Virus record (IMG/VR): IMGVR_UViG_3300015050_000935
Location: 5,095-69,094 of that record
Reading direction: 5' to 3' (one strand)
DNA: 64,000 bases
Source of the DNA: a virus
Taxonomy: Duplodnaviria > Caudoviricetes
Positions 45,632-53,268 of this stretch are shown here, one piece after another. A program made the translations under genes and the position numbers. The notes beneath the pieces were generated by a model. It saw nothing but the letters and a program-made list of their open reading frames with translations, did no database searches and was not told where the DNA came from. How positions within the stretch are numbered: position 1 is the first letter of the stretch; each line of letters begins with the position of its first letter.

Positions 45632-46229
45632 GATACAACCCTCCATGGCCCAACTGGCGCGGGCCTTTTTTCGATTCCAGCATTTTCGTCTCGATCGCCT
45701 CAAAGTCGATCGACGTCATCGCATCCTCAACCGGCGCGAGGCTTTCCAGGAACATTTTGGCGTCCGGCGTCATCAAGCCGAGCGAAACCACCTGCGTCCG
45801 CAAATCAAGACTTTGCCGTTCGATCTTCGTGAGCGCCGCAGCCTTCATCGCCTCGATTTCAGCTTTTGCCGCCAAACGCAGTTCGTTCCTACGTTGCGCC
45901 ATTTTCATCTGGCCGCGGCCTTCCCATGACAGCAACAGGCGCGGGGACAGGTCTTTCGGAATCCCCATTTTCACGCATCGCGCCTCGATCTTCTCTTGCG
46001 CCTTGGCTACCTCCGCCATCGCCAACTCCGTCGCTTCTTTCCACACCTCGTCCTGATCGTAGGCGTAGATCGTGGAAACTTTTTTCTCGAAATCCGCGAG
46101 ACACTTTTTTGCCTGTTCGTCAGCGTGTGCTTTCAGCACCTTGGTGCGTTCCTTGATAATCATGCCTAGGTCGTGCGCTTCCTGACGGCTCAACTTTCGC
46201 GCCGGTTCTTCTGTCGGTGATCGTGGCAT
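45624..46229 (-). CDS. Helical hypothetical protein
   Basis: About 200-aa ORF in the replication block. Confidence 0.6.
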   Translation of the reverse strand: MPRSPTEEPARKLSRQEAHDLGMIIKERTKVLKAHADEQAKKCLADFEKKVSTIYAYDQDEVWKEATELAMAEVAKAQEKIEARCVKMGIPKDLSPRLLLSWEGRGQMKMAQRRNELRLAAKAEIEAMKAAALTKIERQSLDLRTQVVSLGLMTPDAKMFLESLAPVEDAMTSIDFEAIETKMLESKKGPRQLGHGGLYRG

Positions 46230-46679
46230 TGCCAAGCCCTTTCTATAAAAACTTCCGAATCATACCGCCCGCGGCTCAAAACAGCGGATTTTTGTGTCGC
46301 AACCTTTTCAGGAAACCGGGCCGTGAGGTTTCGGTTTTACGCGCCGCCACGGCGCAGAGGCGCGCCAGCACCCCGGCACGCTTTTGAGGGTATGTTAGCC
46401 CTCCGCTATTCGGGAATTGAGCCGTCCACTGGCAAGCTAACCACGGCCCGGAAATCACCGGAGAATCCCCGGCAATAATCGGAAACTGTCGCTGCCCTGC
46501 GACGATTGCACCCACGGTCATGCCCATGGAGTCGGTCCCAACGGGGGACTGGCTATGTGCGATCCGCGGCTATTTTGGGGAACAATATCGAGGTGGGGTT
46601 CTTGAACCCGACAAAAGACGCAAGTATATTGCGCCAACACCTCGATCCAGTCGCCCTGCAAAAGCTTGGATCGAAACTT

Positions 46680-46708
46680 AAAAGCCCGCCCGAGTGGTGG
46701 GCTTTTTT
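46680..46708. terminator. Bidirectional intrinsic terminator
   Basis: AAAA-GCCCGCC-CGAGT-GGTGGGC-TTTTTT. Confidence 0.75.
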
Positions 46709-46757
46709 GTTGCCTAATTCTTACGTGTGAGTCCGCCGAGTCCACAAGCCGCAAAAT

Positions 46758-47381
46758 CTAGCGTGGCTTGAGCACTGCGGCCCTACCGGTTGAGAATTTA
46801 TGCGATTCGTCGCCGCGCACCGTCCAGCCCTCGCGCTGCTGCCGCCCGAAAAGTTCGAGATACGGCCCGGCGCCGTACTGCTCGGCATTCAAGAAAAACG
46901 CATCTGGCTTTTGGCTGTGCTCGCGCAGCGGGGCGGTGATGATCTGGTGAACTGATTTCGACAGCCGCTTGGGATTGCCGCGGCGCCCGAGGATCACGAA
47001 TTCGGCATTCTGTCGGGTGGTGAAGCCGAGCCCCATTTTCCATATGTTTTTCTCGTTCAGCCGCACGAACCTGCCATAGGCACCCAGCGTCGGCTTGATC
47101 CACACGGCCCACATCGCCGTCGGCTCGAACCCCCACGATCGCATAATCGGGATATGGCGACCGACAACCAGGCGCGGCCCCGTCTCCCAGTACAGCAGGT
47201 GCGAGTCATCCGCCGCGTGCGCCCCGACGTCCATGCGGCGCAGATCATCGTCGGACATGGTTTTGTAGTGCCGCTCCGGGCTGCGGCCCTCGCCCTTCTT
47301 GGAGCGGAGCCGAAAATTCGTTGCACAGTCCGACGCGATCAACCCAAAATGCCGATACGGCAAACCCTCAAGCATCCTCAC
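46758..47381 (-). CDS. MT-A70-family methyltransferase with a degenerate catalytic motif
   Basis: HYKTM, LLYW, SWGF, GLGFTTRQNAEF, EHSQKPD, YLELFGR...GW; DCAT where DPPW is expected. Confidence 0.8.
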   Translation of the reverse strand: MRMLEGLPYRHFGLIASDCATNFRLRSKKGEGRSPERHYKTMSDDDLRRMDVGAHAADDSHLLYWETGPRLVVGRHIPIMRSWGFEPTAMWAVWIKPTLGAYGRFVRLNEKNIWKMGLGFTTRQNAEFVILGRRGNPKRLSKSVHQIITAPLREHSQKPDAFFLNAEQYGAGPYLELFGRQQREGWTVRGDESHKFSTGRAAVLKPR

Positions 47382-47872
47382 ACAAAATCCCCGATCAGTG
47401 GCCGCTGTTCTGGGTCAGCCGGCACGTCCTCGAACCATTTCCAGATTGTCACGCGAATCATCGGCTCCGCCGCCCACGATTTCTGGACCTGTCCCATCAC
47501 CACCCGGCTGTCATCGTCCCAGACGATGCCCTTGAAAGCGTCGCATACCGACTTGGCGACGTTATCCCAGTCCGGCTTGGACAGGTGCGCCATGCGCCCG
47601 GCGAGAGCGTCCGCAACGCCGCGCTTGCTCCAGCTTTTCGGCGGGACGAAATGCGCCTCGATCGCGATGGACACCGCCTCGCCGCGCAGCAGTGGCAACC
47701 CCATCACCGCGATCCGCGCATATTTCGCAATCGCGGCCTCGTGCGCCACCATCTTTGGGTCCGGGTAGTGCATCACGAACGGTTTTCCGTTCTTGAAAAC
47801 GACGCGGCTGTTGTGTGCCCGCTTGCCCTCGGCCTCGATCGGCATGGTGATGGTCACGTAAGGCTCGGCCAT
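47378..47872 (-). CDS. rusA: RusA-family Holliday junction resolvase
   Basis: KPDWDNVAKSVCDAFKGIVWDDDSRV. Confidence 0.9.
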   Translation of the reverse strand: MAEPYVTITMPIEAEGKRAHNSRVVFKNGKPFVMHYPDPKMVAHEAAIAKYARIAVMGLPLLRGEAVSIAIEAHFVPPKSWSKRGVADALAGRMAHLSKPDWDNVAKSVCDAFKGIVWDDDSRVVMGQVQKSWAAEPMIRVTIWKWFEDVPADPEQRPLIGDFV

Positions 47873-47883
47873 TAGGTCCCTCT

Positions 47884-47919
47884 AAAAATAGCAAAATGGC
47901 CCCGGTTTCCCGAGGCCAT
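47884..47919 (-). terminator. Intrinsic terminator
   Basis: ATGGCCTCGG-GAAA-CCGGGGCCAT then TTTGCTATTTTT. Confidence 0.65.
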
Positions 47920-47947
47920 GATAATTTTTGCAACCAGATTTGAGGCG

Positions 47948-48712
47948 TCAGTTGATCGAACCGAAATCACCGCCGCCGGGCTTGAAATACTTATCCGCCG
48001 TCGCCTTCGCAGCCGCCTGCGTGTCCTTGTCCGCTCTGGACTGCTCCTTGTGGGTCAGGCCCTTGGAAATCTGCGGCTTGGCCGGGGGCGGTCCCGCGTC
48101 TTTTTTCGAGGCCGCAGCGGCGTCCTTTTCCGATTTCTTAATCAGTTTCGCCCCCGGCTCGCTTTCGTCCAGCGGCTTGATGCCGGCCTTGAGTTGGCGG
48201 CCCTGCTCCTCGTGGTAGGAGTCCATATACGCCTTGTATTGCGGCGTGGACGGGTCGTATTTCGGTTTCGCCGGCTTGTTGGTCTGGGCGTCAACCGCGC
48301 CCTCCGTGGCCGCGCGTTCGGTGGCCGGCACGCGGGACGGCTCGATGAACAGCGACAACTGCGTGCCGATGTCGGCGCCGACGTAGGCCGCCGCGAGGAG
48401 GTCGTTGGCGATCCGGCTCTGCAACGCGGCCTCGCCCTCGGGGGTGCTGCATTCCACACCGACCTTGATCTGGGACAACGTGAAGCCGTCGCCCTTGATG
48501 GTTTTCTCGTGCGATCGTCGTTGCGCGACCGCCTTCTGGACAGCCTGGTTCAGGCGCTCCCACTTCTCGCGGTTGACGTTGAATAGCGCCTGCTTTTCAG
48601 GGTCAATAAAATTGAGCACCGCTTTTGCGGCTCTCGGCTTCGCTGCGGGCTTGTCGGCCTTTGGCTTTGCCACACGTGGTTTAGCGGCCTTCTTTGCTGC
48701 CTTCTTTGCCAT
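47948..48712 (-). CDS. GapR/DUF2312-like DNA-binding protein with a Lys/Ala-rich N-terminal tail
   Basis: ATG 48712 MAKKAAKKAAKPR...; KTIKGDGFTLSQIK resembles the GapR AKGxGF segment. Confidence 0.5.
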   Translation of the reverse strand: MAKKAAKKAAKPRVAKPKADKPAAKPRAAKAVLNFIDPEKQALFNVNREKWERLNQAVQKAVAQRRSHEKTIKGDGFTLSQIKVGVECSTPEGEAALQSRIANDLLAAAYVGADIGTQLSLFIEPSRVPATERAATEGAVDAQTNKPAKPKYDPSTPQYKAYMDSYHEEQGRQLKAGIKPLDESEPGAKLIKKSEKDAAAASKKDAGPPPAKPQISKGLTHKEQSRADKDTQAAAKATADKYFKPGGGDFGSIN

Positions 48713-48720
48713 GTTCTCTC

Positions 48721-48939
48721 TCAGTAGGGTTGAGGTTTGATGTGCTCTTTTGGGTATCCCGTGGCGGTGGAAATAGCATCCAGCCGATCGTTCGGGATGC
48801 CATGGGATTCCCAACGGTGAACGATTTGCCGGGTGCAGTCCAGAGCCCGCGCCCATGCAGTTTTGTTGCCCTCGAAATAGGCCAGCACCAGTGCGTAGCC
48901 CTCGGCGTTCGTCTTGGGGATTGTGTATTTTTTCACCAT
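48721..48939 (-). CDS. Cro/YdaS-like HTH repressor
   Basis: GNKTAWARALDCTRQIVHRW...GIP; sits at the divergence point. Confidence 0.75.
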   Translation of the reverse strand: MVKKYTIPKTNAEGYALVLAYFEGNKTAWARALDCTRQIVHRWESHGIPNDRLDAISTATGYPKEHIKPQPY

Positions 48940-48953
48940 GATCCGGGGATACC

Positions 48954-48994
48954 GTAAAACAGTGTTTGACACTAGCCGCGTGTCCCCATATATC
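48954..48994 (+). promoter_or_regulatory. Early promoter/operator module, copy 1
   Basis: Operator GTAAAAC-AGT-GTTTGAC (48954-48970) over TTGACA-N17-TATATC; leader GGGGC-AGCAA-GCCCC-ACCC (49010-49028). Confidence 0.8.
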
Positions 48995-49041
48995 AAGATC
49001 ACTCAGGCCGGGGCAGCAAGCCCCACCCAGAATGGAGACTG

Positions 49042-49236
49042 ATGATGGCAATTATCCGAAAAGTGAAATTGACCGGCGAGCGGTCCATCCAGAGTAAATT
49101 GCAGCGCCTCGCATTCGAGTTGGAGGCCGACGCCAACCGCATCAAGGCCGACCATCCCGAGCAGGACAGCCTGTCAAACGGCGTCCGCGCGATCAGCAGC
49201 ACCCTCGGCAAGATGGCGCGGGGGATGGATTCATGA
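49042..49236 (+). CDS. Hypothetical early protein
   Basis: GGAGA RBS. Confidence 0.65.
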   Translation: MMAIIRKVKLTGERSIQSKLQRLAFELEADANRIKADHPEQDSLSNGVRAISSTLGKMARGMDS

Positions 49237-49412
49237 CCCAACGCACCGTCGAATCCTACGTCCAGCGGGACTGGTTCCAGATCATCACGGATTTCGTGTT
49301 CTACGTGGTTCAGGCCGCTGGCCTGATTGCTTTCATCGGCATGTGCATCGCGCTCTGGATCGTCACCCCGGAGTGGCCGCTGCCGACCCAGTGGTGGGAG
49401 TTTTTGAAATGA
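49233..49412 (+). CDS. Small membrane protein, 59 aa
   Basis: Manual translation MTQRTVESYVQRDWFQIITDFVFYVVQAAGLIAFIGMCIALW...; ATGA overlaps. Confidence 0.6.
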   Translation: MTQRTVESYVQRDWFQIITDFVFYVVQAAGLIAFIGMCIALWIVTPEWPLPTQWWEFLK

Positions 49413-49651
49413 GCAAGGAAAACATAGCCACGGTGCAGGCTTTCCAGACCGAGGACGGCAAGCTGCACAAAACGATGGAATGGGCGGTTTACCACCTCGC
49501 GGAGAAGGCGATGGAAGAACTGCTCGCGCAGGGCGAATCCGCCGACCCCATCAACATCATGAACCGCATGAGCGGGACCCATAATCGCCGCATCGTTCGC
49601 AACTGGCTCAACGCCACCGACGCCCTCGAAAAATCGGTGATGGGCCAGTGA
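49409..49651 (+). CDS. Hypothetical protein
   Basis: ATG 49409 (MSKENIATVQAFQTEDGKL). Confidence 0.6.
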   Translation: MSKENIATVQAFQTEDGKLHKTMEWAVYHLAEKAMEELLAQGESADPINIMNRMSGTHNRRIVRNWLNATDALEKSVMGQ

Positions 49652-50082
49652 GCCAACGCGATCCCCGCCTGCACGACGACCGCTATCTGCGCTGGCTGCG
49701 CCGCCAGCCGTGCTGCATCTGCGGGGCACGCGCGCCGAACGAGGCCGCGCACATCCGCGCCGGGAGCGTGCGCCACAATAAACGCCCCTGCGGTATGCAG
49801 GAAAAACCCCACGACCGATGGGCTGTTCCGATGTGCCCCGGCGACCATCGGCTGGGCCGGAACAGCCAGCACGCGAACAATGAATTGAGGTGGTGGGGCA
49901 TCCACGGCAAGGACCCGTTCGACACCGCTGCGGCCTACTATGCCGAGTTCGGCGGAGGCGGCGGCCAGCCGAAAAAGCCCCGCAAACCCGCCGCGCGCAA
50001 GCCCCGAGGGCAACGCGCCAAGGTCGGTCCATCCCGAGGATTCGCCGCAGGGCGGAAAATGCAGAACCGAGGATTTCAATGA
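49648..50082 (+). CDS. DUF968-like Zn/HNH-type nuclease
   Basis: YLRWLRRQPCCICG...AAHIR...KPHDRWAVPMCPGDH...QH. Confidence 0.75.
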   Translation: MSQRDPRLHDDRYLRWLRRQPCCICGARAPNEAAHIRAGSVRHNKRPCGMQEKPHDRWAVPMCPGDHRLGRNSQHANNELRWWGIHGKDPFDTAAAYYAEFGGGGGQPKKPRKPAARKPRGQRAKVGPSRGFAAGRKMQNRGFQ

Positions 50083-51056
50083 ACGATTTCACATGGCACA
50101 CCAATGCCCTCAAGGGCGTGCGCGGTCCGATCAACGCCGACGATCCAGAGCCGGGGTTCTACGAAAACCGGTGGAAGGATAGGCAAACCGGCGACGTGAC
50201 GCGCCAACCGGTTGCCTACTGGTACGACACAAACAACGGCGAGTTGCGGTGCCACAAGAACGGGCGCGACGTCGAGGAACTGAGGGCGCGGGAAATGTGG
50301 CCCCACGCCAGCAAACGCCCGATCACGCGAGAAGGGTACGATTCTGCCCTCAAGGGCATCTGGCTGGATGACGCCAAGGGCGTGTCCGACGCCGCCGCGC
50401 TCGCGAACGACGAGGACCTGACGCCGGCGCAAAAGATCATCAAGGAAATCGAGGAGGCCAAAAAGGACCTGCCGAACTACCTCAAGATCGATTCGGACGA
50501 CGTGGCCGCCAAGGGGCAGTCCCTGCGGTCCCTGTTCACCACGCTGGCGGGTAAATTGGACAAGGAGCGCGAGGCACTGGTGCGCCCGCATCTGGACGCA
50601 CAGCGGGACATCAACGCCCAGTACAATCCCGCCATCAACGCCGCCAAGGCCGATGCTAACACCATCAAGAAGGCTCTAGAACAGCACGAGACGGATAAGC
50701 GGGTCGCCCAGCGGGCTGCGGAGGCCCGTCAGGCCGAACTGGACGCCGAGGCGGCGCGCAATGCGGACTGGCAGGCCGCGGCACCCGTGGGGTCCGTGCC
50801 GGAGCCTGTCGCGGCTCCCGTGCGCGTGGTTTCCAACGCGCCTCCGCCGTCCACGCAGATCAAGGGCGGCTCCGGGCGCGCCGCCAGCGTTTCGACCTAC
50901 CAGCACGTCCTGTCCATCGACATCGACAAGGTGTTTGAGCAGTTCAAGGGCGACGCCCATCTGATGGCGACCCTGATGGAGTTGGCGCAGAAAGCTATCA
51001 ATGCAGGCATCCCGGTTCCGGGGGCCACCACCGAGGAAAGGGCAAAAGTCCGATGA
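50079..51056 (+). CDS. Recombination-module protein with coiled coil
   Basis: ATG 50079; LDKEREALVRPHLDAQRDINAQY coiled-coil motif; precedes recT. Confidence 0.65.
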   Translation: MNDFTWHTNALKGVRGPINADDPEPGFYENRWKDRQTGDVTRQPVAYWYDTNNGELRCHKNGRDVEELRAREMWPHASKRPITREGYDSALKGIWLDDAKGVSDAAALANDEDLTPAQKIIKEIEEAKKDLPNYLKIDSDDVAAKGQSLRSLFTTLAGKLDKEREALVRPHLDAQRDINAQYNPAINAAKADANTIKKALEQHETDKRVAQRAAEARQAELDAEAARNADWQAAAPVGSVPEPVAAPVRVVSNAPPPSTQIKGGSGRAASVSTYQHVLSIDIDKVFEQFKGDAHLMATLMELAQKAINAGIPVPGATTEERAKVR

Positions 51057-52435
51057 ACCAGGCTCCTACCCAATTGGAAGTGTACCGCGGCGAAGTCTTG
51101 CCGCCCGAGAAGGCCAGCGAACTCTGGCAGGCGCTGCCGTCGCACATCAAGCCCGCCGTGTTCGAGCGGAATCTGATGAACGCCTTGATGGCGAACCCGG
51201 ACCTGATGCAACACGATCCCCGGCTGGTCTATCGCGAGGTGGCGAAGGCTGCGGGCCTCGGGCTGCTGCTGGACCCATTGCTGGGCGAGGGCTATCTGGT
51301 TGTCGCCTATAACTACAAAACCAAAAACAAAGAGCCGCAGTTGCGCGTCGGCTACAAAGGCATGTGCAAACTCGCCCGGCAGACTGGCGAGGTGGGGAAT
51401 ATCTATGCCCACGAGGTCCATGAAAAGGACCACGTGGAGGTGGACCTTGGATTCCCTAAGATATTCCACCACAAGCCCGTCCTGTTCGGCGATCGCGGCC
51501 CCATCATCGGGTACGTCGCCCTGATCACGTTCGATGACGGCACGTTTGATTTCGAGCCCATGTCGGTGCAGCAGTGCCACGATATTCGGGACCGCTCCGA
51601 CGCCTGGAAAGCGTTCTCGGAGGGCAAGATCAAGAGCACCCCGTGGAGCACGGACGACAGCGAAATGTCGAAAAAGACCGTCCTGCGGCGCCTGCTCAAG
51701 CGTCAGCAGCAGTCCCCTGAAATGGTGGCCGCGCAGCGGATCGAGGATGACGCCGAATTCCCGAACATGGCTCGCGCCATCGCCCCGTCCACGCCGAGGG
51801 ACGCGGGGCCTCCGCGGGCGCAGGCCATCACAGAGCAGCCCGGCCCGGCGACCATCGACGGAGAGATTGTCGAGGACGAGCCCGAGCAGCAGCGGACCGA
51901 GGAAGAACAGGGCGCGCAGACTTTCGACCAGAAGCCCGAAACCGCAGCCAAGGCCATAGAGCCCTATATGCTGCCGGTGGAACGCGAGACATTCGCGTCC
52001 CTCGCAGCCAAATACATCAAGGCCGTGGAAACCAGTCTGACCCCCGGCGACGTGTTCAAATGGGCGGAGAAAAACTACAAGGCGTTGGACCAGATCGCGC
52101 AGGGCGCGCCGGCGGAATCTGCCAAGATCAAGAAGGCGTCGGAGGAGCAGTTGCGGCGTCTGCAAGGGACGCAGCAACCAGCGCCGGACAAGACGAAACC
52201 CGCCACCCCGAAACGGGAGCGAAAGGCCAAGGCACCCAAGGACGCGCCGAAAGACGGGCCGGAGGCCATGCTGGCCACGATCGAGGCCGAACTGGCGGCG
52301 GTGGAAAGCGCCGACGGATTGGAGAAGGTCTGGCATGATGTGTGCCTGCCGCTGCTCAAGGACGCCATGCCGCCGGATCAAGACGAGGCGCAGGCCATCT
52401 ATCAGCGCCACGAAAAGCGGCTCGGCGGGGACTGA
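51053..52435 (+). CDS. recT: RecT-family single-strand annealing protein with long C-terminal extension
   Basis: AAGLGLLLDPLLGEGYLV.Y...QLRVGYKG, W.TD..EMSKKTVLRRLLK. Confidence 0.9.
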   Translation: MNQAPTQLEVYRGEVLPPEKASELWQALPSHIKPAVFERNLMNALMANPDLMQHDPRLVYREVAKAAGLGLLLDPLLGEGYLVVAYNYKTKNKEPQLRVGYKGMCKLARQTGEVGNIYAHEVHEKDHVEVDLGFPKIFHHKPVLFGDRGPIIGYVALITFDDGTFDFEPMSVQQCHDIRDRSDAWKAFSEGKIKSTPWSTDDSEMSKKTVLRRLLKRQQQSPEMVAAQRIEDDAEFPNMARAIAPSTPRDAGPPRAQAITEQPGPATIDGEIVEDEPEQQRTEEEQGAQTFDQKPETAAKAIEPYMLPVERETFASLAAKYIKAVETSLTPGDVFKWAEKNYKALDQIAQGAPAESAKIKKASEEQLRRLQGTQQPAPDKTKPATPKRERKAKAPKDAPKDGPEAMLATIEAELAAVESADGLEKVWHDVCLPLLKDAMPPDQDEAQAIYQRHEKRLGGD

Positions 52436-52438
52436 GCC

Positions 52439-52912
52439 ATGACCGACCTCGTGATGACAAAGCGCGCAGGCCGTCAGGGCGAGGTCGGTCTGTTCATTGA
52501 CTCGGAAATCTGGGAGGAGGGTTTCCAGGCCATCACGATGGGCGGCGAGGTGACCGTAAAGGCCACCATGCCGCGCAACCTGAAACAGCACAAATTCGCG
52601 TGGGCGCTCGCCACCAAACTCGCCGAACTGTGTTCCTCGGGCGACGAACGCCTGACCAAAGAGGACATGATGGACCACCTGCTGGTGGAGGCCCGTCACT
52701 ATCGCAAGGTCTGGGACCCGCTGCGGAAAAAGGTCGAACTGAAACCAAAGCCGACGAATTTCGGCGCAATGGATGGCGTTGCGTACACGCGCCTGCTGAA
52801 CCGCATCAAGTACGTTGCCGTGACCCACCTCATTCCCGGCCTTGATCCCTCCGAACTGAAACGAGAGGTCGAGGCCATGCTGGCTCCAGCCCACCATCAG
52901 GATTTCCGATGA
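52439..52912 (+). CDS. NinB/DUF1367-like recombination accessory protein
   Basis: PRNLKQHKFAWAL...PKPTNFGAMD. Confidence 0.65.
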   Translation: MTDLVMTKRAGRQGEVGLFIDSEIWEEGFQAITMGGEVTVKATMPRNLKQHKFAWALATKLAELCSSGDERLTKEDMMDHLLVEARHYRKVWDPLRKKVELKPKPTNFGAMDGVAYTRLLNRIKYVAVTHLIPGLDPSELKREVEAMLAPAHHQDFR

Positions 52913-53268
52913 CCATTGAAACGAAAAACGCCGTTATCAAATCAGCCACGATCAGCAACGACGATCACGGGCTGCTCACCTCATTTTTGCATCTGGACTA
53001 TGGCGGCACGTGTCAGGGGTTCGGCGGCTACGCCCTATATCTCCCGCGCGATTTCTCTCACTCCGAGCAGTCCAAGCAACGCAATTATGCTGGCCATTTC
53101 ATCTGGCGCTGCATGGAGGTCGCGGGCGTCGGGGAGTGGTCGAAATTGCCGGGGAAAACCATCCGGGTGCGGTGCGAACACTCCAAGGTCCACGCCATCG
53201 GCCACATCGTGAAAGACGACTGGTTCAACCCGACTGATGATTTCAAGGCCATGGGAGGCGACCAGTGA
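52909..53268 (+). CDS. Conserved phage protein
   Basis: LDYGGTCQGFGGY...VAGVGEWSKLPGK.IRV...AIGHIVKD.WF. Confidence 0.7.
   Translation: MTIETKNAVIKSATISNDDHGLLTSFLHLDYGGTCQGFGGYALYLPRDFSHSEQSKQRNYAGHFIWRCMEVAGVGEWSKLPGKTIRVRCEHSKVHAIGHIVKDDWFNPTDDFKAMGGDQ

Noticed and set aside
46276-46527. 83-aa ORF in the replication-block gap
   Set aside because: No clear RBS, no motifs, and not coupled to neighbours.
11-48563. Many long plus-strand ORFs opposite the structural and replication genes (e.g. 303-1514, 1761-3056, 25632-27107, 28778-30445)
   Set aside because: Antisense shadows of GC-rich genes; no RBS, no motifs, and the minus-strand genes explain the sequence.
50897-52897. 666-aa minus-strand ORF
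   Set aside because: Antisense shadow of recT and its neighbours.
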